DNA of 26,278 nucleotides from a virus: UHGV virus genome UHGV-0200387; one strand, 5' to 3'. Shown piece by piece: positions 20,257 to 26,278 of this stretch (position 1 is its first letter; each line of letters starts with the position of its first letter). The notes under the pieces were generated by a model. It saw only the letters and a program-made list of their open reading frames with translations, ran no database searches and was not told where the DNA came from. The position numbers and the translations under genes were made by a program.

Positions 20257-21756
20257 TTAAGTTCTCCGTGCGATGGGCCTGATTGGGGCTGGTATCTTTT
20301 TCTCTTTTGGTTTTTTGATGTCGCGCATCATTTTGGCGAAGCGGCGCATCATGTATGCATAGCGAACGGCTGAGAGAACGTCGTCGTTAAGCTTGACGAT
20401 CTTCCCGTTTTCATCACGGTGATAGAGGCGAAACTCCTCAAAGAATGGCTCACAGGTGTTGAATACTTTGAAGCGACCATCAAGCATCATGTCGCGCAAT
20501 TCAGTGATTCCAGGCTCAACAGCATTACCGCCATCAGGCCATGTCGCATGCTCCTGCAACATCATAAAACCAGCGTCCGCGTACTGCCCTTTAAGCTGCT
20601 CACCGCCGCCCTTCTCGTGCTGGTTTCCGTCATGAGGCCATGCGGTTGGCACTTTATGCGCCCAAGATTTAACGGCTCCCCACGCCTGAACGGCTGTTTT
20701 TTCTTTCGCCTTCCACACGCGTGAAACGTAGATTGTGTCTGCGTCCTTATCCCACCAAAGCTGAACCTGCGCCTGCGGGTGATCCCATCCGAAATCCATC
20801 CCGCCAATTACGTAGAAGTGATCAGGACACTCGAACGGCTGACACTTAATCGTCTCTTCCGGTATCTGGAAGATTCGCCCGCTACCCATCGTAGGAATAC
20901 CGCGAGCACGCGCCTCTCTCTCATGCTCAGGATAGGATGCGATGATTTGCTCTTTCTGCTCGTCGGTGTAGTGCTCAGCGTCATAGATGGTCATGTTGAC
21001 CACTTTCTGCGACTTGCTGGGATTCTTCAGGAACTTGGTAACAACGTCAGACATCCCCATCAGCGGGGTAAACGTCAGAATTGAGAATTGCCCGTATTTG
21101 TTGGTACGGGTAAGACCTTCGCCATAAATGCTGTATGGTGGCTCTTCGTCAAACCACACGCCGTGGATTGTGTCACCCTGCCAGCGAGCGCGGCCTTGCG
21201 AGTATGGTTTGAAGTAGCAGATTGAAATGCCATCTTCAACGCCATCAGCCGTGTGATGCTTAACCAGAAGATGATCAACAAGGTTCGGAAAGAAAGGAGA
21301 CTTCTTCCAGCTAATGATGTCTTCTTTAGGTATTGAACCGTAGCCCGGCTCATCATTCTCTTCAATACGACCGCACAGGATGCGTTGAGTCGTTTTGGTT
21401 ACAGTCTCGTTTGTCTCGCCACCAATCCAGAAGACAACAGGCTCATAAAAACGCTTACCTTTCCACTCACCGCCATATTTACCATCAGCCGGATAGCCTT
21501 TTGTTCCCGGATAACGCCCGGTAAGGTGAAACGCGACTTCAGCAGCACCAGTAAATGACTTACCAAGCTGGTTACCAGCCATAAAACAGCGCTCTGGATA
21601 GTCATGCCCGGCGTCGATGAACTCACGCTGTTTGCTGTATGGCGTAAATTCATATAGCAGGTGTGTGTTCCGGTAGTTCTCTTCTTCTTCGAGTAGCTCG
21701 AGCAACTCGATTTGCTCTTCGTCGCTCAGGTTATCAAGAATCGCGTCCAGTTCCAC
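20257..21756 (-). CDS. terminase large subunit, P22 gp2-like
   Basis: 499 aa, N-terminus [37 protein letters not shown]... as in P22 gp2. Overlaps the 3' end of the small-terminase gene. Confidence 0.92.
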   Translation of the reverse strand: MELDAILDNLSDEEQIELLELLEEEENYRNTHLLYEFTPYSKQREFIDAGHDYPERCFMAGNQLGKSFTGAAEVAFHLTGRYPGTKGYPADGKYGGEWKGKRFYEPVVFWIGGETNETVTKTTQRILCGRIEENDEPGYGSIPKEDIISWKKSPFFPNLVDHLLVKHHTADGVEDGISICYFKPYSQGRARWQGDTIHGVWFDEEPPYSIYGEGLTRTNKYGQFSILTFTPLMGMSDVVTKFLKNPSKSQKVVNMTIYDAEHYTDEQKEQIIASYPEHEREARARGIPTMGSGRIFQIPEETIKCQPFECPDHFYVIGGMDFGWDHPQAQVQLWWDKDADTIYVSRVWKAKEKTAVQAWGAVKSWAHKVPTAWPHDGNQHEKGGGEQLKGQYADAGFMMLQEHATWPDGGNAVEPGITELRDMMLDGRFKVFNTCEPFFEEFRLYHRDENGKIVKLNDDVLSAVRYAYMMRRFAKMMRDIKKPKEKKIPAPIRPIARRT

Positions 21757-22222
21757 GGTTGAATAGCTCCTTGATACGAGAGCGTCGCTTATCGCGATCT
21801 CCCTTATCAGGTGTCACGTCTTCAACTTGCGACTGCTCTTTGAGGCCCAAATCACGGGCGATGATATTAGCATTGAGAAGGTCAGCGGCTGCGCCAGAGA
21901 ATTTCTGGTCGTATATGATGTCTTCCGCTCGTGATGTGACGTCAGAAAAACCTTCCATTGACCGGAAGGTTCCCCATGTTTGCCTGGTGATATCAAGGAA
22001 GGTACACAATCCTGAAATAGTCATGGCTCGCATCTTAGGGACATTAGCCTTAATTATTTCTCCCTGATATGAAAATACCTTACCCTCCCATAGCGGGTTA
22101 TCATCAGCCCACTCGAAGTATTCACAACAAGCAGCCCACAGCGCCTCAGGCGATTCGAATTTAGGGTTTCGCCCATGACTACTGCGGGCCTCCCAAAATC
22201 GGTTGCCCTTTGGTGCTGCCAT
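21734..22222 (-). CDS. terminase small subunit, P22 gp3-like
   Basis: 162 aa from the second ATG ([38 protein letters not shown]...), C-terminus ...[24 protein letters not shown] as in P22 gp3. The central (DNA-recognition) part differs from what I recall for P22. Confidence 0.88.
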   Translation of the reverse strand: MAAPKGNRFWEARSSHGRNPKFESPEALWAACCEYFEWADDNPLWEGKVFSYQGEIIKANVPKMRAMTISGLCTFLDITRQTWGTFRSMEGFSDVTSRAEDIIYDQKFSGAAADLLNANIIARDLGLKEQSQVEDVTPDKGDRDKRRSRIKELFNRGTGRDS

Positions 22223-22257
22223 ATTCATCTCACTTAGTTGTTATTTCAGGTTGAGCA

Positions 22258-22500
22258 TCATGCTCCGGTAGTGAACAGGTCTAACGCTTCCTTCGATTTA
22301 CGCACCGCTTCGATAGTGCGGGTCGTGATATCTGAATTAGCGCCGCCTGACTGGAAGTGAATTTTGAATAGCTCAAGCTTCAGCTCGTCAGTACCAATGA
22401 ACTGAAATGCTTCCTCTGCGGCTGCGTTCTGGTTCATGACCAGTTTGTAAATCTCTAACTGGAATTTCTGTTCTTCAGTCATGGGAATAATCTCTGCCAT
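22258..22500 (-). CDS. small hypothetical protein (P22 orf80 position, upstream of small terminase)
   Basis: 80 aa, GGAG 6 nt upstream of the ATG, preceded by a hairpin (GGGATA/TATCCC, 22526-22548) plus T-run. Confidence 0.55.
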   Translation of the reverse strand: MAEIIPMTEEQKFQLEIYKLVMNQNAAAEEAFQFIGTDELKLELFKIHFQSGGANSDITTRTIEAVRKSKEALDLFTTGA

Positions 22501-22794
22501 TGTTGGCTCCGTTTATCCGTTAAAAGGGATATCAGTTAAGTTATCCCGTGTAGGGTATAAGCCATTGTCGAGACCACTCATTGAATGTCCTCTGCAATAA
22601 CCGATGTCTTTCCATCAGTCCGCCACCACAAAGAATCTTTTTTGCCATAAGGCAGGAGGTTCATCTTTCAGTGGCTGCCAGTGTTATTTCCCCACTTACT
22701 GGCTTGGGTTGTTTCGCTGTACTGCCGTAACTGGTTGCCAAGAATAAATTCTGGTTTCATTATCAAGCCCACCCGTAGATAGGCTTTGTAATGG

Positions 22795-23082
22795 CTACTT
22801 CTTCAGAACTGATTCGATGAATTCACGTCGGGGATGACGATAGTTCAGAATATCTTCTGGCATCCTCATAAAGCGGTTGTTGCCGTCTTTGGCAGTAACA
22901 AAACAGCTGTGAACTCCGCAGACATCCGTTTTGATTGTGTCGCTATACTCAAAAAGCAACTGAGCCATCTTCTCTTGCCATTCTGGCGGCATAGCCTCCA
23001 TGAATACTCGCGGCATCACGCAGAACGGCGCATGCGTAAGACCAAACCACAGTTGCAGGTCTTTACGATATTCTTCATCCAT
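22795..23082 (-). CDS. hypothetical 95-aa protein with 4 Cys and several His
   Basis: ATG 23082 with AAAGGTAAAG upstream. Lies between the lysis-cassette terminator and a 294-bp ORF-free spacer. No motif I can name. Confidence 0.5.
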   Translation of the reverse strand: MDEEYRKDLQLWFGLTHAPFCVMPRVFMEAMPPEWQEKMAQLLFEYSDTIKTDVCGVHSCFVTAKDGNNRFMRMPEDILNYRHPRREFIESVLKK

Positions 23083-23100
23083 CGTCTTTACCTTTGTTGC

Positions 23101-23127
23101 AATAAAAAGCCCCGCTACTGCGAGGCT
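23101..23127 (-). terminator. intrinsic terminator at the end of the lysis cassette
   Basis: On the minus strand: 8-bp stem AGCCUCGC/GCGGGGCU (one G-U pair), loop AGUA, then UUUUUAUU. The stem overlaps the last Rz codons and stop. Confidence 0.65.
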
Positions 23128-23666
23128 CTGTTTTTCTCTATTTCACGTATTCCAGCCAGCTGGTTATTCGCTTTTTCGATAGCGGCCAGCAGCGGCTTGA
23201 CCCAGAGAACAGCCTGGCAATACGTCAGCGCGCTGGTGGCAGCGGCGCTATCACCGGCTGCGTCAGCGTTGCCGGAATTGGTGTGCATTGCGCTGGCACG
23301 TAAACTGTTCGCGTAGCTGAGCAGCCCGCCAGCGACATCAGCAGGAACAGGCAGATCACAGGTTTTTTCACGGCGGAGGATCTCCCGGTACTCGATAACA
23401 GTTTGATCGGATCTGGCATCAATCAGTGAGTTTAGTCGGCTGGCGTTTTCGGCAACCTGGTTAAACCGGTTGAAGTTGAAAGCCTGTACAGCGATAACCG
23501 CCCCCTGCAGGGTGTTGTCACTGCGCAGAACGTCGTTATCACTCTTCAGCGTAGCAACATCAGCGCGGCTGTTTGCCAGCAGGACACACAGCAACGCGAC
23601 TACCGCAATGACGACTACAAGCAGTATCAGACGCCATGAGGCTTTAATATCAGCAAGGGTAATCAC
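23115..23666 (-). CDS. Rz-like i-spanin (inner-membrane spanin subunit)
   Basis: 183 aa. N-terminal TM segment (LILLVVVIAVVALLCVLL) then a coiled-coil-like periplasmic part. Sits after the lysozyme gene with an ATGA overlap and has an embedded +1-frame lipoprotein ORF. Confidence 0.8.
   Translation of the reverse strand: MITLADIKASWRLILLVVVIAVVALLCVLLANSRADVATLKSDNDVLRSDNTLQGAVIAVQAFNFNRFNQVAENASRLNSLIDARSDQTVIEYREILRREKTCDLPVPADVAGGLLSYANSLRASAMHTNSGNADAAGDSAAATSALTYCQAVLWVKPLLAAIEKANNQLAGIREIEKNRASQ
23225..23371 (-). CDS. Rz1-like o-spanin lipoprotein, embedded in the Rz gene in another frame
   Basis: 48 aa from GTG 23371 (GGAG about 10 nt upstream): MKKPVICLFLLMSLAGC... with lipobox LAGC and a Pro-rich mature part. 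Exact start uncertain. Confidence 0.6.
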   Translation of the reverse strand: MKKPVICLFLLMSLAGCSATRTVYVPAQCTPIPATLTQPVIAPLPPAR

Positions 23667-24103
23667 GACAGGAACAGAGCACGCTCCGCCTCACGCCGAC
23701 GGGTCAGGCCGTTCAGGACTTTGCCACCTGCTTTATTCCAGCGCAGGAACTCATCGGCTGCGCCAGCGTAATCACCGGCGTTGAGTTTGCGCAGGAGAGT
23801 CGATGTCGACAATGAACGAGCTCCGAGGTTATACGTGAACGACACCAGGGCGTCGAATTGCCCCTGAGTCAGGCCAACTTTGACCAGGCGCGAGACGTCG
23901 TTTTCGTAGCTGACAAGCCCGGTCTTCAGCAGGCGTTCTGCCGTTTCCTGCTTAATCGTCATCCCGGCGCGGATTGGTTTTCCGTCGACAGGCTGAGTCC
24001 ATCCGTATCCGATCGTCCACACTCCGACGCTGTCCTGGTACGCGGTGAGCTTGCAGCCTTCGAACTGCTTGATCAGGGCAATGCCTTTATCACTGGTTTG
24101 CAT
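23663..24103 (-). CDS. endolysin, lysozyme (glycoside hydrolase family 24, T4-lysozyme-like), P22 gp19-like
   Basis: About 146 aa from ATG 24103 (GGAGG 5 nt upstream). Carries ...KQFEG..L.AY.D..G..TIGYG and C-terminal ...RRREAERALFLS. Confidence 0.88.
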   Translation of the reverse strand: MQTSDKGIALIKQFEGCKLTAYQDSVGVWTIGYGWTQPVDGKPIRAGMTIKQETAERLLKTGLVSYENDVSRLVKVGLTQGQFDALVSFTYNLGARSLSTSTLLRKLNAGDYAGAADEFLRWNKAGGKVLNGLTRRREAERALFLS

Positions 24104-24431
24104 CACCGCCTCCAAAGCGAGAATTAAACACCCGTGCAGCCATAACCTTCACCTGCTCTACGCCAACAAAACCGAGTGCGCCACCTATAGCAATAGACAG
24201 GGACTGCGGAAGGTTGAAGTAATCAAGAGCTGACACAGCAGTAAGGGTCAGAGCCCCACAGATTGCCCCCTCAAGTAGCATTTTCTTCCAGCCGCCACCG
24301 CCGTAAGCGATTCGCATAGCAGCCATAACAACCGATAGCAATACGGCACCCATCGGCGTTTCTCCACGCCACCAACTGTGGAGTAGTTCGATAAACTCCG
24401 TCCAGGAGTGGGGATCGTTATGCATTTTCAT
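24090..24431 (-). CDS. holin, lambda S / P22 gp13 class, with M-K-M dual-start motif
   Basis: 113 aa, three hydrophobic segments, charged C-terminus. N-terminus MKM... as in lambda S107/S105. GGAGG 7 nt upstream. Confidence 0.85.
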   Translation of the reverse strand: MKMHNDPHSWTEFIELLHSWWRGETPMGAVLLSVVMAAMRIAYGGGGWKKMLLEGAICGALTLTAVSALDYFNLPQSLSIAIGGALGFVGVEQVKVMAARVFNSRFGGGDANQ

Positions 24432-24660
24432 AGTCTCTAACCTCCGGCTTAAAAGCGGGGGCTGTGTGTTTAAAAGGGGTCAGGCCCTCGGGACGATTTA
24501 ACAAGTAGGCGTGTCGATGATGGTTCCCGTGAGCCTGAAATAGAAAGCCCCAGCAAATGCCTAGGCTAAATGAGGTGCCAGATCATATATCTGGCGGTAT
24601 AACCTTGCGTTTGGTATTATTAAATCGCCAAAAGTAACCCTTCAAACACAAGGCTTTAAA

Positions 24661-25191
24661 ATGACAAAAAGGAAGTACCGATTTTATCATGCGGACAGGG
24701 GTAACTTGCTGAGCCCTGACATGACAATAATCCCTGTAAATGGCCTCTCTTTATTTGGAGAGCATTATCTCTCCCGGATAAATAGTGGAAATATGAGCGA
24801 CGTGCTAGACGAAAATGTACAAAGAGAGATGCTGTATGAAAATGTGCGGATGGAAAATTTCCCATCCCGCCCAAGCCGATTCTCGTGCCTTTTTGGTGCG
24901 AACTCCATTCCTGAAGCGGAAAGCTTCGCCAGAAAGATAATCCCGCAACCTACCACCCCAATTAATATTTATGAAGTTTTTACTGAAAATTTTGTGGTTC
25001 TCGATATGAATTGGATGGATTACATAACAACAGATTTCGGTAGTAGGGTTGAATATGCCCGGCAGTACTGGTATTCATCAATTACCCAGCACGCCCCACT
25101 TACCGGCGATAGGATGATACCAACCCTGGAAGTCCTGCTGCCGCTTCCCGTGGAAGTAGGCAAGCAAGTCAGTACTGTCGCTTTTGATTAA
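24661..25191 (+). CDS. hypothetical 176-aa cytoplasmic protein, AT-rich cargo gene of unknown function
   Basis: ATG 24661 with AAGG 7 nt upstream. Opposite in orientation to the late operon. No signal peptide or TM segment and no motif I can assign. Codon usage and base composition differ by eye from the flanking phage genes. Confidence 0.6.
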   Translation: MTKRKYRFYHADRGNLLSPDMTIIPVNGLSLFGEHYLSRINSGNMSDVLDENVQREMLYENVRMENFPSRPSRFSCLFGANSIPEAESFARKIIPQPTTPINIYEVFTENFVVLDMNWMDYITTDFGSRVEYARQYWYSSITQHAPLTGDRMIPTLEVLLPLPVEVGKQVSTVAFD

Positions 25192-25360
25192 TCTGACAGT
25201 TCTGCTCAGGGAAATGGGCCAAAGGTTTATGTAAAGTCCAAAGCACTTCGGAAAGGATAGCTTTATATAGCTCACCATCATTTGCATGATAGCGAAACCT
25301 TTCAGAAGGTGAGATTTCGAAAAGTACCTTTCCCTCATCTGAAACAATTCGGACTTTCAT
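25169..25360 (-). CDS. hypothetical 63-aa protein, convergent with and overlapping the 176-aa gene by 23 nt
   Basis: ATG 25360 preceded by GGAGG (4-nt spacing). Hydrophilic, no recognisable motif. Confidence 0.5.
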   Translation of the reverse strand: MKVRIVSDEGKVLFEISPSERFRYHANDGELYKAILSEVLWTLHKPLAHFPEQNCQINQKRQY

Positions 25361-25489
25361 CTTTCCTCCAAATTAGAAGCTACTGATTCAGTTATTACTT
25401 ACTCCAGATACGACAAAGCCCCACCATTTCTGGCAGGGCTAGATTATTAAGCTGTGTGTCGAAGTGACCACTCTTAACACGTTAAACTA

Positions 25490-25519
25490 AAAAATGCGGA
25501 CCGCACTAGCATTTTTTTA
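25490..25519 (-). terminator. hairpin plus U-run following a 44-codon ORF (candidate terminator, possibly bidirectional)
   Basis: AAAAATGC (25490-25497) / GCATTTTT (25509-25516) around an 11-nt loop; T-run on both strands. Confidence 0.45.
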
Positions 25520-25520
25520 A

Positions 25521-25655
25521 TTATTTTTGCCTACTAACGACTGCATCCATCTCAAGGCGAACATCCAGCATTGACAGACACCCCTCAATAAACCCTTCAG
25601 CAAGCAGCATTTCTATGCGTATCTGCTTTTCGCTTTTCTTCCGGTGCTTCGCCAT
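25521..25655 (-). CDS. 44-codon ORF (MAKHRKKSEKQIRIEMLLAEGFIEGCLSMLDVRLEMDAVVSRQK), hypothetical
   Basis: ATG 25655 to TAA 25521, bracketed by two terminator-like hairpins. Only a weak Shine-Dalgarno, so coding status is doubtful. Confidence 0.25.
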   Translation of the reverse strand: MAKHRKKSEKQIRIEMLLAEGFIEGCLSMLDVRLEMDAVVSRQK

Positions 25656-25715
25656 CTGCCGTTTTGAATACCGTAGAATATAATGCCCAACCAACAAATG
25701 ATTGTCTGCGGCCGA

Positions 25716-25741
25716 AATAAAAAAGCCCGAGACAAGCGGGC
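25716..25741 (-). terminator. intrinsic terminator about 235 nt downstream of tR'
   Basis: On the minus strand: GCCCG-CUUGUCU-CGGGC followed by UUUUUUAUUU. Confidence 0.7.
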
Positions 25742-25974
25742 AATATGGGGGTAAGGCAATGCCGGCTCTATGGCCGAAGGGTCCCAGGCAGTGGGTTTGT
25801 TTGTGGTGGCAGGTGCTGATCTCCTGCTCAGGGTTGTAGCAAGCCCCATGAAGCGCGCACTACTGTAGTCATGGCGCATCAGCCTGCGCATTCACCACAA
25901 CGGAAAGAGCACTGGCTAACCAGGCTCGCCGACTCTTCACGATTATCGGCTCAATGCTCTTACCTGTTGTGCAG

Positions 25975-26037
25975 ATATAAAAAATCCCGAAACCGTTATG
26001 CAGGCTCTAACTATTACCTGCGAACTGTTTCGGGATT
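25975..26037 (-). terminator. tR'-type terminator of the late leader transcript
   Basis: 11-bp stem AATCCCGAAAC (26027-26037) / GTTTCGGGATT (25983-25993) enclosing an inner GCAGG/CCTGC stem, followed on the minus strand by TTTTTTAT. Matches phage lambda tR' as I recall it. Confidence 0.8.
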
Positions 26038-26170
26038 GCATTTTACTGACCTCTCAGCCTGCGATGGTTGGAGTTCCAGACGATGCGTCGAAGTGACCAA
26101 CTAGGCGGAATCGGTAGTAAGCGCCGCCTCTTTTCATCTCACTACCACAACGAGCGAATTAACCCATCGT
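25975..26170 (-). ncRNA. lambda-type 6S late leader RNA (PR' transcript ending at tR'; contains the qut/pause region)
   Basis: About 195 nt between the inferred PR' start and tR'. The sequence AATTCGCTCGTTGTGGTAGTGAGATGAAAAGAGGCGGCGCTTACTACCGATTCCGCCTAGTTGGTCACTTCGACG.ATCGTCTGGAACTCCAACCATCGCAGGC... is near-identical to lambda as recalled. Ends are inferred by analogy. Confidence 0.7.
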
Positions 26171-26206
26171 TGAGTCAAATTTACCCAACTTTATTCAATA
26201 AGTCAA
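26171..26206 (-). promoter_or_regulatory. late promoter PR' (lambda-type) with overlapping Q-utilisation site
   Basis: On the minus strand: -35 TTGACT (complement of 26201-26206), 17-bp spacer, -10 TAAATT (complement of 26178-26183), in the context TTGACTTATTGAATAAAGTTGGGTAAATTTGACTCAACGATGGG, one mismatch from lambda PR' as recalled. Confidence 0.8.
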
Positions 26207-26208
26207 TA

Positions 26209-26278
26209 TCATGCCGTTAATATGTTGCCATCCGTGGCAATCATGCTGCTAACGTGTGACCGCATTCAAAATGTTGTC
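26209..26278 (-). CDS. Q: late antiterminator Q, lambda-type, 3' end only (5' part beyond the window)
   Basis: Minus-strand frame ending ...SHVSSMIATDGNILTA-TGA (stop at complement of 26209-26211), immediately upstream of PR'. The nucleotide sequence matches the lambda Q 3' end as recalled. Confidence 0.7.

Larger units (their letters stand above)
3098..26278. mobile_element. prophage (P22-like morphogenesis and lysis modules, lambda-like late control) integrated at argW; right boundary beyond the window
   Basis: Integrase directly downstream of the tRNA, followed by a contiguous set of phage genes to the window edge. The att core is expected to overlap the tRNA 3' end but cannot be delimited without attR. 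Confidence 0.9.

Noticed and set aside
8851-21653. Numerous 60-160 aa ORFs inside or antisense to the structural genes (for example 10533-10895, 11244-11438, 17375-17749, 19366-19800, 20419-20724, 21399-21653)
   Set aside because: All are nested in alternative frames of genes with strong full-length similarity to P22 proteins. Such shadow ORFs are expected in GC-balanced coding DNA.
23505-23515. 9-nt match (CCTGCAGGG) to the argW 3' end inside the Rz gene
   Set aside because: Too short to be an att core or attR, and it lies inside a coding sequence in the middle of the prophage. The real attR is expected beyond the right window edge.
25455-26100. Repeated 13-nt motif GTCGAAGTGACCA at 25458-25470 and 26086-26098
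   Set aside because: A single exact 13-mer repeat is expected by chance several times in a 26-kb window. The second copy lies in the lambda-conserved 6S region; I see no extended similarity around the first.
25613-26104. ORFs 25613-25891 (minus, 92 aa) and 25871-26104 (plus, 77 aa)
   Set aside because: They lie over the 6S leader, tR' and the downstream terminator, lack Shine-Dalgarno sequences, and have Arg/Ser-rich low-complexity translations. I read them as frames open by chance across structured non-coding RNA.
1-26278. CRISPR arrays or insertion-sequence elements
   Set aside because: No regularly spaced direct repeats, no transposase-like ORF and no terminal inverted repeats flanking a gene were seen.

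Overview
This window is an enterobacterial (E. coli/Shigella-type) chromosomal segment, yfdF(partial)-mlaA-yfdC-tRNA-Arg(CCU), followed by the left arm of a prophage integrated at the tRNA gene. The prophage runs from attL (about 3.1 kb) to beyond the right window edge; attR is not in the window. Reading left to right it contains: a P4-type tyrosine integrase; an AT-rich O-antigen acyltransferase-like gene split by a frameshift in a T7 tract; a tailspike (minus strand); a lone Mnt-like repressor (plus strand); then a complete P22-order late operon on the minus strand (ejection proteins gp16/gp20/gp7, gp14, tail needle gp26, gp10, gp4, coat, scaffold, portal, large and small terminase), small ORFs, and a lysis cassette (holin, lysozyme, Rz/Rz1). 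The right edge carries a lambda-type late control region (3' end of Q, PR', 6S leader, tR'). Between tR' and the holin gene, in the slot where lambdoid phages carry cargo such as stx, there is an AT-rich insert with two convergent, 3'-overlapping genes of no recognisable function (176 aa and 63 aa). This is the best candidate for an undescribed system. Protein identifications rest on my recollection of P22, lambda and K-12 sequences; no database search was run. Many ORF-track starts are GTG/TTG or upstream extensions, and I trimmed them where an ATG with a Shine-Dalgarno fits better.
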